NCBI GenBank assembly: GCA_030704615.1 | Contig: CM060733.1 | Location: forward strand, 43,462,001 to 43,526,000 | DNA length: 64,000 nt | Direction: 5' to 3' | Origin: Takakia lepidozioides | Lineage: Eukaryota > Plantae > Bryophyta | Part shown: positions 14,101 through 24,700 of the stretch, one piece after another | Layout of the letters: the number at the start of each line of letters is the position of its first letter | Numbering within the stretch: position 1 is the stretch's first letter | Translations under genes and position numbers: made by a program | Notes under the pieces: generated by a model | The model's database searches: none | What the model was told of the DNA's origin: nothing | What the model saw: the letters and a program-made list of their open reading frames with translations, nothing else

Positions 14101-14273
14101 GAGATGTGGCCAGACGGAGAAAAGAGAAACTAGAGGAAGACAGTGCCAAGTCTGGCTCCCGAGAAGCGAGGCCAGAAGATATGTCGGCACCTAGAGGGTG
14201 GGTTGGCAGCCTAAGAGCCCGCAAGCTATGGAAGTCGAAGTCGACGTCCTTCACCCGAGCGCCAGATTGGTGA
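5846..14273 (+). CDS. Inward-rectifier potassium channel (Kir/KirBac)-family protein with a non-canonical filter; about 683 aa from ATG 6056 (true start may lie upstream)
   Basis: Phase-consistent GT-AG exons: 5846/6056-6658, 7414-7571, 7883-8105, 8448-8644, 9291-9412, 10035-10137, 10386-10533, 13235-13396, 13504-13626, 14061-14273. Kir hallmarks appear in order: slide helix DFYVACLKMPMGQFLL, M1, pore helix VFLYALSLSTTFGGSP, M2 ending VFARMSQP, CSKKAII, VRHIVDKKSPVYG, LTIMGLERTSMQ, DVVWDGDYMD. Confidence 0.85.
9028..9115 (+). mobile_element. Retroelement 3' end of the 1754-1830 family, inside a Kir intron
   Basis: tagggcccacc...gcagtagccgcaaggtgaagtggctc...ggccggagtcttctccctct matches the reverse complement of 39204-39285. 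5' limit unclear. Confidence 0.65.
10590..12940 (+). mobile_element. Stack of 5'-truncated LINE 3' ends filling Kir intron 7
   Basis: At least 8 copies end in variants of ggctatggcaaacaatgtcttatgagtacattctctct. Longer copies (10680-11200, 11300-11970) encode GSLPLN...CKCPLGGQPEDNIHFVIHCPGY, a C-terminal CCHC-type motif typical of LINE ORF2. Confidence 0.75.
12087..12424. mobile_element. hAT-type MITE (338 bp)
   Basis: TIRs cagtgttggacggtt / aacctcccaacacta. Perfect 8-bp TSD GTGCAAAC at 12079-12086 and 12425-12432. A related uninterrupted site (tggtgggtgcaaac) lies near 12830. Confidence 0.85.
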
Positions 14274-15033
14274 AGTCTTGCCATGGTCAACGAGTGCATA
14301 CAAGGCTTTGAAATTTGCCAATGGAACTCAGACTCAAACCTATGTCATGGTGACTACAATTGCAACCAAGCTGGAGATGTTGCAAAGTACCTTTGCTGTC
14401 AACCGAGCAGTGATTTGTTACAGAAACGCTGGTTTCAAAGATGTCTGAGTGAGGCAAGCATTGGGAAATTACTGCCGAAAATCAGGAATTTGCTTGTAGA
14501 ATACAACATTTTTTCCTGATGAAATGGAGTAATGTTTAGGATACATGCGGGCAATAAAATTTCAGCAGCCCTTTACCCATAGAATTGGGGTGGTTGTCAC
14601 GGAAGATTATAACTTAAAAGCTGTTTGGTGTAGTAGAGAAGAGTCAAGTATTAGCGATCTCTTTTCGGGTGTGCTTTTGGCGTTTGCTTTCGACTGCATG
14701 CAAATGATATTCCCAGCCTTCTTGACTGAGAGCTGGATTTGAGTTGTTCATCATTAGTGGAGTGACTAAATGAGATGCTTGCAAATGTCCGGAGTTGATC
14801 TTTTCATCACTAAATGCAAGCTTCAGGGCCATCTCCTCAATGGGACATCAGAAAGGCTGTGTGTGCTCTAGAGATGCACATGTAAGTGAGCATTCTGTGC
14901 GGCCGCTGACCTCTTTCCAAAACTTCAACACTTTTATGACATTGCCTAGAAATTGGCTTCTGATTTCCTTCCAAACAACAGAGAAGTTGATGAGACCAGC
15001 GTTTTATTTCTCAAGTAGAGTGGCTACTCGTGT

Positions 15034-15212
15034 ATTCTACCCAGCGCCCCAGGTGACAAAAAAATGAGCTGGCACCTCTAGAATTGTCGCTATATGACAG
15101 GTGGCAAGTTAGAACAAGTCCACAATGGCTTGCACCTATATATTCTACACAGCGTCCCAGGTGACGAAAAAATGAGCTGGCACCTCTAACTTGTTGCTAT
15201 ATGACAGGTAGG
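15034..15212. repeat. Two imperfect direct copies of a ~70-bp block, about 108 bp apart
   Basis: attctac.cagcg.cccaggtgac.aaaaaatgagctggcacctcta...gctatatgacaggt occurs twice. Confidence 0.8.
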
Positions 15213-15979
15213 TTATAACAAGTGCACGATGGCAATATCATAGGGAATTTCTATGAATCCTATTTCAGTGCCCTGATGTGGACAGCAGAAAAAGAGTTGA
15301 GCATTGCACCGCGGCTCACTTGGCCGTGAAGTGGGTTCATGTGATGACAATGCCCTCACAGCCAACGAGGCTTCACATATTCCATACTTTGGTGTAATTT
15401 TATCAAGTTTTATTAAACAGTGGATGGTGCACTGAGTGCCACCCAGACCTCGGCGGGTGTGGTATGTTCGTATGTTCTTCTCCCCCTTCCCTTGGGCCGT
15501 GTCCCATGCAGAGGCCTTCACAGATGGTTATTTTGTTGTCTCCTCATTATTCTAAAGAGGAGAGTACGTATCAGTGTCAAGAATCGCTAATCTGCCTTCC
15601 CTAGGTGTCACCTCCTCTCCTTTGCTGAAAAAATACTTTGTGCCTCCAGGAAGCACCTCCCTCAGGTAATATCTTATCGAACAATTTATGAAGAATAATT
15701 TGATGATTTTCTCAAGTTTACTATGGATGAAAGTAGATTTTACTATTCACAAAGAGGAGCCAGAGTCACTCGAACTGCCTCCTTCAATCAAGTGCAATTA
15801 TGGGCTGACTTTCCCACCTATGCTGGGTAGACCCCACTATCATTTCCTGTGGATATGCCACAGGAAATGCCCTCAACAGTGGATCATGGTCAATACTCTC
15901 AGGAAATGGTGGATGAACTGAGTAGCTACAGATCAATGAACGAAGCAAAACACTCGCACCTTTCCACAAAAACAACTTT

Positions 15980-18900
15980 TCACCAGTAATCCCCACAAGA
16001 ACAAACCCCATCTTCAAAGTGATGAAAGCGGTTAGCGTCCCGTACAACAATTGCTCGGCCAACAATCTTTGAGATGAATTTGGTGGAGGTGTGGCAGTCA
16101 CCACACACCCGAAGATTTTTGATGAGACGGAGAGGCGTCCTGGGGGTCGTGCTGATCAGCCCAAAACCAATGGCCAGCTTCTCACTGTGGTGACAAAGAG
16201 AAAATTCCTTTTGCTCCTCCACCACATCATGCAATACAAAGCGTGTGTCGGGCACATACCCTGCCTCCTTCATCTGCCCAGACAATCTTCTCAGCTCAGC
16301 ATGGATATCCTTAATTTTGGGATGCAGTTTGTCATCTACAACAAAGGTGTGCACCCTCTTGCCAACCTCAATGCAGCAGCGACCTGGCTCCTTCCTAACC
16401 CCTCTGACATTCATCATTTTTCTCACCTTTGCACTATCATCCCACCTGCCAGCTGCAGCATAGATGTTTGATAGCAACACATAAGTCGCGGCATCTTGTT
16501 CATCCCACTTGAGAATAGATGTTGCCGCACGTTCAGCCATCGCCACATTGCCATGGATTCTGCAGGCACCGAGCAAGGCCCTCCAAACCATAGCATTTGG
16601 TTTCATTGGCATTTTGTTAATGAGGTCCTCTGCCTCATCCAATTGCCCCACACGTCCAAGAAGGTCCACCATGCAGCCAAAGTGCTTTACTGTCGGAGAG
16701 ACACCATGATCATGACTCAGGGAATCAAAGTAGCGTCTTCCTTCATCCAGTAGGCCAGTGTGGCTGCATGCAGAGAGAACACATATAAAGGTGATACTGT
16801 CCGGCTTCAAGCCTTCCTTTTGCATTCCTTCAAATAGTTGCAGGGCTTCCCTATGGCAACCATGCTGGGCATAGCCTGCAATCATACCATTCCAGGACGC
16901 CACATCTCGTTTGGCCATATTGTTGAACACTCCCTTTGCATCCTCCATGCTCCCGCATTTGGCATACATGTCCATGAGGGCATTGTTCAGAGTGACATTT
17001 GGTCCAATACCAGCTCTGACAATGTCACCATGGACCTCTTTGCCCTTTTCCAAGGCTGCCAGGCTTGCACACGCATTGCAAACACAAACAAACGTGATGT
17101 GGTTGGGCTTCACCTCTTCCTTCATCATTTGCTCATATGTCTGCAAAGCCTCAATCCCTCGCCCCTGCTGTGCATATCCTGCAATCATTGCGTTCCACGA
17201 CACCACATCACGTTCAGCCATAGTGTCGAACACTCCCTTTGAGTCTTCAATGCTCCCACATTTGGCATACATGTCCATGAGGGTACTGTTCAGAACAACA
17301 TCTGGTACAATTCCAGCTTTGACGATTTCACCATGGACCTCTTTGCCCTTTTCGAGAGCTGCCAAGCTTGCACATGCCTTGCAAACGCAAACAAATGTGA
17401 TGCGGTCGGGCTTCACCCCTTCCTGCATCATTTGCTCAAAGGTCTCCAAAGCCTCCTTCCCGCGTCCTTGCTGTGCATATCCTGCGATCATCGTGTTCCA
17501 CGACACCACATTTTGTTCAGCCATATTGTCGAACAACCTCTGTGCATCTTCAACGCTCCCACATTTGGCATACATGTCCACCAGGGCAGTGTTCAGAATG
17601 ACATCTGGTACAATTCCAGCTTTGATGATGTCACCATGGACCTCTTTGCCCTTTTCCAAGGCTCCCAGGGTCGCACACGCATTGCAAACGCAAACAAACG
17701 TGATATGGTTGGGCTTCACCCCTCCCCGGATCATTTGCTCATAGGTCTCCAAAGCCTCTATCCCGCAACCCTTCTGTGCATATCCTGTGATCATTGCGTT
17801 CCATGACACCACATTTCGTTCAGCCATATTGTCGAACACTCCCTTTGCATCTTCAATACTCCCACATTTGGCATACATATCCAGCAAGGCAGTGTTCAGA
17901 ATGACATCTGGTACCATTCCAGCTCTGACAATGTCACCATGGACCTCTTTGCCCTTTTCCAAGGCTGCCAGGTTCGCACATGCATTGCAAACGCAAACAA
18001 ACGTGATGTGGTTGGGCTTCACCTCTTCCTCCAACATTTGCTCATATGTCTCCAAAGCCTCAATACCGCGCCACTGCTGTACATATCCTGCAATCATGGC
18101 ATTCCACGAGACTACATCACGTTCAGCCATAGTGTTGAACACTCCCTTCGCATCTTCAATGCACCCACATTTGGAATACATGTCCACGAGCGTGTTGTTC
18201 AGAATGACATCTGGTACAATTCCAGCTTTGATGATGTCACCATGGACCTCTTTGCCCTTTTCCAGGGCTGCCAGGCTTGCACAAGCATTGCAAACGCAAA
18301 CAAACGTGACGCGGTCCGGCTCCACCCCTTGTCGCATCATTTGGTAATAGGTCTCCAAAGCATTCCTACCACACCCATGCTTGGTAAATCCTGCCAACAT
18401 CATATTCCACGTGATCAAAGATCGTTGAGGCATTTCGTTGAACACTTGGTGAGCATCCATGATGCTCCCACACTTAACATACATGTTGACAAGGGAGTTG
18501 TGTAGAAAAACGTTTGGCTTGAATCCACTTTGGATTATGTGAGCGTGCACCTGCTTCCCAGCTTCCAGGCCTTTCATCTTGATGCACGTACGCAAGAGAC
18601 AGACATACGTATCTGAATCTGCTGAAATGCCTCCTCCTTGGTTTAAAGTCTGTAGAGCCTCTGTCAGTCTGCCTGCCTCACAAAGCATCTTCACACGCCC
18701 AGAAGTCCCAGAAGAGGCATTGTGGACTCCCTCTCTTGGTCCTCTTTCAGAAGCTGTGGTCAAGGTTGAGGTGCCTAAGATTATCAATTGTGCTGCTGCC
18801 GCTGCTGCTTCCAGTTGACCATCTACCCATGCAGGTCTCTTGTAGCTATTGATCCACAAGGAATAATAGGTAATCTTGTGCTTGGAATCCAGCCGTTTTG

Positions 18901-20293
18901 GATGAATCTGGACCCACACTCTACCCCTGCTCCTTCAGCTATCCGTACCTCTGCACAAATCATGCATACATCCTTGCCTTGCTGCTAGCAGCTGACAAAT
19001 ACGGCCTAGATTTGTTCTAACAAACACCCCAACCCTACTTATCACACTAGTTCCAATTTGAATTGCGTCTGCTTCTGTCTGTAATCCAACATGCAATCAC
19101 CTTTCTGCCTCGATTGTCCCACCATTGACTGGGTTCGGAGAAGTATTCTTTCCAAAGCTTCTCCTCGTCTCTGTTATCTGATTGCAGCAGTAACATGTCA
19201 AAACATTTCAAACAACCATAGATCCACCCAATGAGCTAAACTTGCAGAATTCAACGTGGATAATTTGGGACCCCTCTAATAAGAGGGAAAAATAGGCTGA
19301 AATGTGTTGAAGAAGGTGCCTTCATTAGCAGTGCCTGATTTCATCAATTGTGCTGCCGCTGCTTCCAGTTGACCATCTACCCATGGAGGTTTCTTGTAGC
19401 TATTGATCCACATGGAATCATAAGTAATCTTATGTTTGAAATTCAGCCCTCTTGGATGAACTCTATCCCTGCTCCTTCAGCTAACCCTGCCTCTGCACAA
19501 ATCATGCAGACATCCTGAACACGTAGAGTTCTTCCAGCAAACACCCCATCCCTACAATCACACTAGTTCCAATTTGGTCTGCTTCTCTCTGCAATCGAAC
19601 ATGCATTCACCTTTCTGTCTTGAATGTCCCACAATTGACCGGGGTCGGAAGTGTATCCATTCCAAAGCTTCTCCTCATCTCTGTCATCGGTTTTAGGGAA
19701 CTTTCCTGCTGCCACATCAGCAGTAAAATGTCAAAATCACTCCAAACCACCGTAACCCAACGAGCTAACTTACAGATTCGACATGCAAATTCAGGGACGA
19801 GTCTGATGAAAGGGCAAATCAGGCTGAAATAGATTGAACAAGAAGGTGCCCTCACCACATTGTCCTTGACTTTGTGTCATGACCCATGGAGGATTCAACC
19901 GACCATCAACCCAAAAGGACCTCTTGTGTGTGCTGCTTGTGTCCATGGTCGGGTAATGTCCGATTGGTCTGTGAGAACCACCACGGTGCAGCTGAGCAGC
20001 CATAGATTGAAACAAGACCAAGCTGACCCCCGCCATCCCCCCCCCCCCCCAAGCACCTTGGAAACACCAAAGAGAAATACCAAATCGTCATACTAACAGG
20101 AAGAGCCAAAGTTCTTCACCTCGTACATTAAGAAAAAGCCACACCTTGCGATTGCGGTTGTCCCACCATCGTGAAGGATCTTTAAAGAACTCATGCCCGA
20201 AAATCCGACAGCATCATCATTTTGACAAGTTCCTTTACGGAGGGATGCTAGTGAGCTTTCAACAACATTCATGCTGGTCGCTTTGGGCTCCAT
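15980..20293 (-). CDS. PLS-class PPR protein with E1-E2-DYW cytidine deaminase domain (C-to-U editing-factor type) and N-terminal OSB-type PDF motif(s)
   Basis: Main exon 18907-15980 is uninterrupted: six MYxKCG-containing PLS units, then P2-L2-S2, E1/E2, PG box (KEPGRCCIEV), HSEKLA, CGDCH and terminal DYW. Predicted upstream exons are 20293-20145, 19968-19856, 19705-19611 and 19177-19101. The ORF-track GTG start at 18919 lies just inside an intron (acceptor CAG at 18910-18908). Confidence 0.93.
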
Positions 20294-20459
20294 TGGACTC
20301 TCCACAACGGAACATACGAACAGGTCCAACTGCAGTCTGGAGATTTTAGAGTGGGAGCAGGAAAAAAAGAAAAAGAAAAAGAAAGTTTGCAAAACAAATG
20401 CAAAGAAAAAAAAGAAAAAGAAATGCACCCACTCATGTGCGACTCGGTCCCTGTTGGGG

Positions 20460-20523
20460 TGGGCCCTTTAGTTTTTAGTTCACAGTTCCTAGCAAGCCCC
20501 GTTGTACGTTCTCCAAACCCTAA
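20460..20523. promoter_or_regulatory. Site II (TGGGCC) plus telo-box (AAACCCTAA) between the divergent PPR and RPAP2 genes
   Basis: tgggcc at 20460-20465 and aaaccctaa at 20515-20523. This pairing is common in plant housekeeping promoters. Confidence 0.45.
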
Positions 20524-21760
20524 CTCTCAAGCTGAGCCAGTTTCCATTGAATTGCATATTCTTCTGCACAGTGGAGTTCGTATACAAGTGATTCATTGTA
20601 TATTTGGGAGGGGGGTTTTGGGAAACTTCCTGTCCATTTCATCAAGTCTTCCCTCTGCTGGGGCTTCTTTCCTTTCAGTATCGACGGCTTCTGAAGTTTA
20701 TAATCTGTGCGTGACAGAAGTATTGTCAGTTTGGTCTCACGGATCTGTGTAAAGGAAAGTAAGTTACAAGCACTGTCTGGAATCGAAGGTGGAAACGCCA
20801 TCAACATGCCCTCGTTTGTGCCCTTTCTCACATACGGTGTTTCAGAGTCCGGTATGAACGCCAACGCCAATCGTCTTGTTTGGCCTGTTTTCTTTTTGTA
20901 GAGACATCTCTCAAGCTCATTCAGATCATGCATTTATATCTGCGAGCAGTCCGAGAGAGCATTTATCTTGAATTTGTACGTTTTGTTGTAAGAATGAATC
21001 GTCATCTCGAGGAGTTCCTTGGGTCGATGTGTGCCTAGACCCTTGGAGCAATCCGGTATGGGGATTCCGAATTCCCAACTCCAATCTCAGTAGAACCGTT
21101 AACCTCTACCATCTAGTGTGAAAATTAGCATATGGATGCCAGCTTCTACCTTCCATCTCTGGGGATCTCCTCCTTTGATGAGATGATCACACATCTTCAA
21201 CTGATTCTTTGAGGATTTGTACATAATCTACTAAAAAACCAGGTTCATAACCCTAAAGAGTAATCCTAACAAAGATCAACAGTTGAGCCCAGTTCAGTTG
21301 GAATATGTCCCATGAGTGGATTCCTTTCGTGGGCTGATTTTATCAGGCTTTGGTCTGTGTTTAGATCCTCTGACCAGGTTACGGTAAGGGGATCTAATCA
21401 TTTTGATTTGGCAATTGCGGAGAAGAGTGAAACATCCAAGTTTGATCCATTGTGCAAGCATGTCCCAAGATTACATTTTGAGCCAGTAGAGAATTGAAAC
21501 TTTCAACTAGGGAGCTCAAAAAGCTAGGGTGCTAGTGTACTCTGCATGAAGTTGAGCAATTGTACCCAACCTAGCATAATCTCAATTTTGTGAGCTGATG
21601 TGGAAGAGCTGCATGGATCCATCTTACGTGGAGACTTAAAGGGGGAAGGAGTATTATCTCACAGGGTCATTCGCCTCAATTTCTACAGCCCTGTATTGGA
21701 CCATTTGTACTGTCTGGTATTTCGTTCTTCTGCTGTTTTTCCTTGGAGGACATCCTCAGA

Positions 21761-24700
21761 ATGCTCAGTGCACTTGCTGAGAAGGTGTTTGTGAAAACAG
21801 ATGTTGGACATCAAAGTGAACTTCCTTCAACCTCAGCCAAAAAAATTGATGAAACAAGCACATCTGATAGCACTGCTAGCAAGGCAACAAAGAGAAACCT
21901 TCCCAGAGGTGTAAAGCTTCCATCTTCGCTTTGTGGCCAAGCACAAGGAAGCACTGGGAAGGCGTCGGTGGTCAAGAGACCCGCAAAGCAAAGAAAGGGA
22001 GCTACTGGAAATCAGGCAAGAAAGGTGTGTGTGTCTGTCTCTGAATAAAACAATTAAACCAACCTGTCTATATCAATTGAGGCTAGAAATTTGTCATCTA
22101 TACCGTTCTTTCAATGGCCTTTTCGCCCTTGGGATGTGCCTAGCACGATTTACTAGGAAGCTGTAATTGTTGTTTCTTTTGTTACAGGGTAGAGGGCCAA
22201 GCCAATTGAGCCAGGCAGATGACAGCCCCTTGGAGGAAAGCCATGAAGAAGATGATGTTGAAGTTGTGGAAGGAAGAAAGTATGCCCACACACTGAAACT
22301 GGTGAGGAAGGCAGTGCATGAGGTGCAACTGGTGTTACTGGATGGTGTAGAGAGAGAGGCACAGCTTCAGGCTGCTGGGGCACTCTTGACTCAGGCTGAA
22401 TATTCGGATGTTGTGACAGAGAGAAGCATAATAAAGCTTTGTGGATTTCCACTGTGTCGCAATCGGCTCCCAACTGAGAATGCTTGGAGGGGGCGTTACC
22501 GGATCTCACTCTCAGCGCATAAAGTGTATGATATGCAGGAGAGCAGTCAGTTTTGTTGTTCCAGCTGCCTGATTGCTAGCAAAACATTTGCTGGAAGTTT
22601 GGCTGTTGACCAGGATTCTGTGGCTGTCAGCAGAAACCTGGTCAACATCCTGGGTTCAGTGCGAGGTTTGGCTGTTAGTGTGCCACTTGTGAAAGATTTG
22701 ACAGACTCAGTGGCTTCAACCACGGATTCTCTTGGCCATTCAGAATATCATCTCAAAGATCCCAAATCTCTGCAATTGGATTCCACGGTTTTGACTGATG
22801 GCCAGCTTTTGAGAGCTCCAAAGGAGTCCAAAGAAGAGATAAACTTTACAGATTCAAGAAAGGGAGACAGATGTGCTGGTTTGGTTGTCGAGAAGCATGT
22901 GCCTGGTAAAACTCTAGACAGTTTTGCATATGCAGGCCCCTCGGATGCAGTGGAGGGATTTGTACCACAGAAATCACATGGCCAGGCATTTTCTAAAGTG
23001 GAACCACGAGAGAGGGATCCAGTTTTTACAGAGGCAGAGCTCAATGCAAACATTGTAACAATTATGACTTCAGAAGACAAACAATCTGCTGAGGACCTCA
23101 GAAGCTCAGAGGACATGATAGTGGGGACAGTAGAGTGTAAGGTTCCATCGAGAGAGGCTGGAGAAGACAGGCTGGATGGCACCACTCTGACATTAGCAAG
23201 TGAAGGTAGCAGTTGTGGAAGGTGTGTGCCAGATGACACTGCAGTTTTTCCCTCCACAGTTGGAGGATTTGGGGATCCAGATGCCGTAGGTTGCATAACG
23301 TGGCCAAGTGAGGTCTCCAAGAACACAGGTTTGCTCTCTCCTCTCCTCTTCTTCCTCCTCTCTCTTTCATGGGGCTATCCCTGAATATTGAGCTCTGTAT
23401 GCTTTGGCACTTGGATCTGTTTCTCCAAGGTGGGAAAAATGGCACACAGGACTCTTGGTAGTAAGTTAAGTGTCCTTCCAAGGTAGCCCTTATTGGTACG
23501 CAGGCTTACTGTGAATCAAATTTTGGCTTGCAGGAGAGGAAAATGAATCTAGACCTGTCAGTTTGAAGTCGGCTTTGAAGAAGTCAGGGAATCAATGGCA
23601 TGTTCAGCGGAGCGTCTCTTGGGTTGATGAGAAAGTGACTGTGGTGGGTCCTACTGAAGGCTCAACCAGTTTGGCAGCAGCAACAGGATATCACAGCATG
23701 ACTTCACAGTCCCTTTCCGATGCGGTAAGTCCAATACCTTTTCCTTCTCGATTGGTTTACTAGCAAACCTTAGCTTTCTCTGGGTTCTTAAGCTACCATA
23801 TGGGCAAGGACAGTTTATAAGTCCAACTGTGCTTACTTTGACTAGCATGATAGGTAGTGTCTTTGGCCCAGGATAAGGATAGGGACTAAGAAAGTCCTCT
23901 AGCAGAATATGAAGGCCTCTGGGGGGAATGTCCCAACTGCTGATTCTGAGTTCGTATAGCATTAACGAATGGTTGTGTTTTGTAGGCTTTAGAAAGTGTG
24001 ACTGCCACAAAGGACAGTAGTACAACTGGTGTACAGGATAAAAAAACTTATTTTAAAATACTTGAGTCAAATCTGGCAACTGCAAGATCTGCAAGATTGG
24101 CATCAGCGGAAGCCCTTGCTGTTGCCTTGACAGAGGCAGCAACAGCTGCAGCAGCAGGGGAGCTTGAAGGCAGTGAAGCTGGTAAGTAAGTTTGGTGTCT
24201 GTTATGCCCCTTTTCTTAAACTGTCTCTCTGCATACAAATCTAAGTTGTGCGCTTGTTCATACTGTATGGGAAGGGCAAGCATCTCATCCAGCGGTCGTG
24301 ATGTCCATGCAGTCCCTCCCCCTGCTGTTTTCTTTCCTCTCTCCTTTCTCTTTTACTCACTCTCCCGCTCCCTCTCTGTTTCACCTTGTCTGCCCTTCCC
24401 GTCTGCCACACTGAGTGCATCATCTTTTTTGTTTTCTTGAAGACTCAAGAACTATGAACATGACCTGTAAGCAGTTTGTCTGTGCTTATTGCAGTGGCAA
24501 GGGCAGGCATCTCAATCCTTTCGACTTCTCATAATGTCAAGTCTGCAACATCAGCCAGGTTGACTGATGAGAAAATTGCTTTGGTGCAAGAATTAAAGGA
24601 AGCAAACTGGCCCATAGAAAAAGTGTCAAGCACAAAAGGGTGCAATGGCGATGTGAGATGGCCACAGGTCAGACCTGATGATGACGAACATGATGATGAT

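Noticed and set aside
15980-16400. Possible U-to-C (reverse-editing) DYW:KP domain
   Set aside because: It has a PG box, HSE and a terminal DYW, which mark the C-to-U type.
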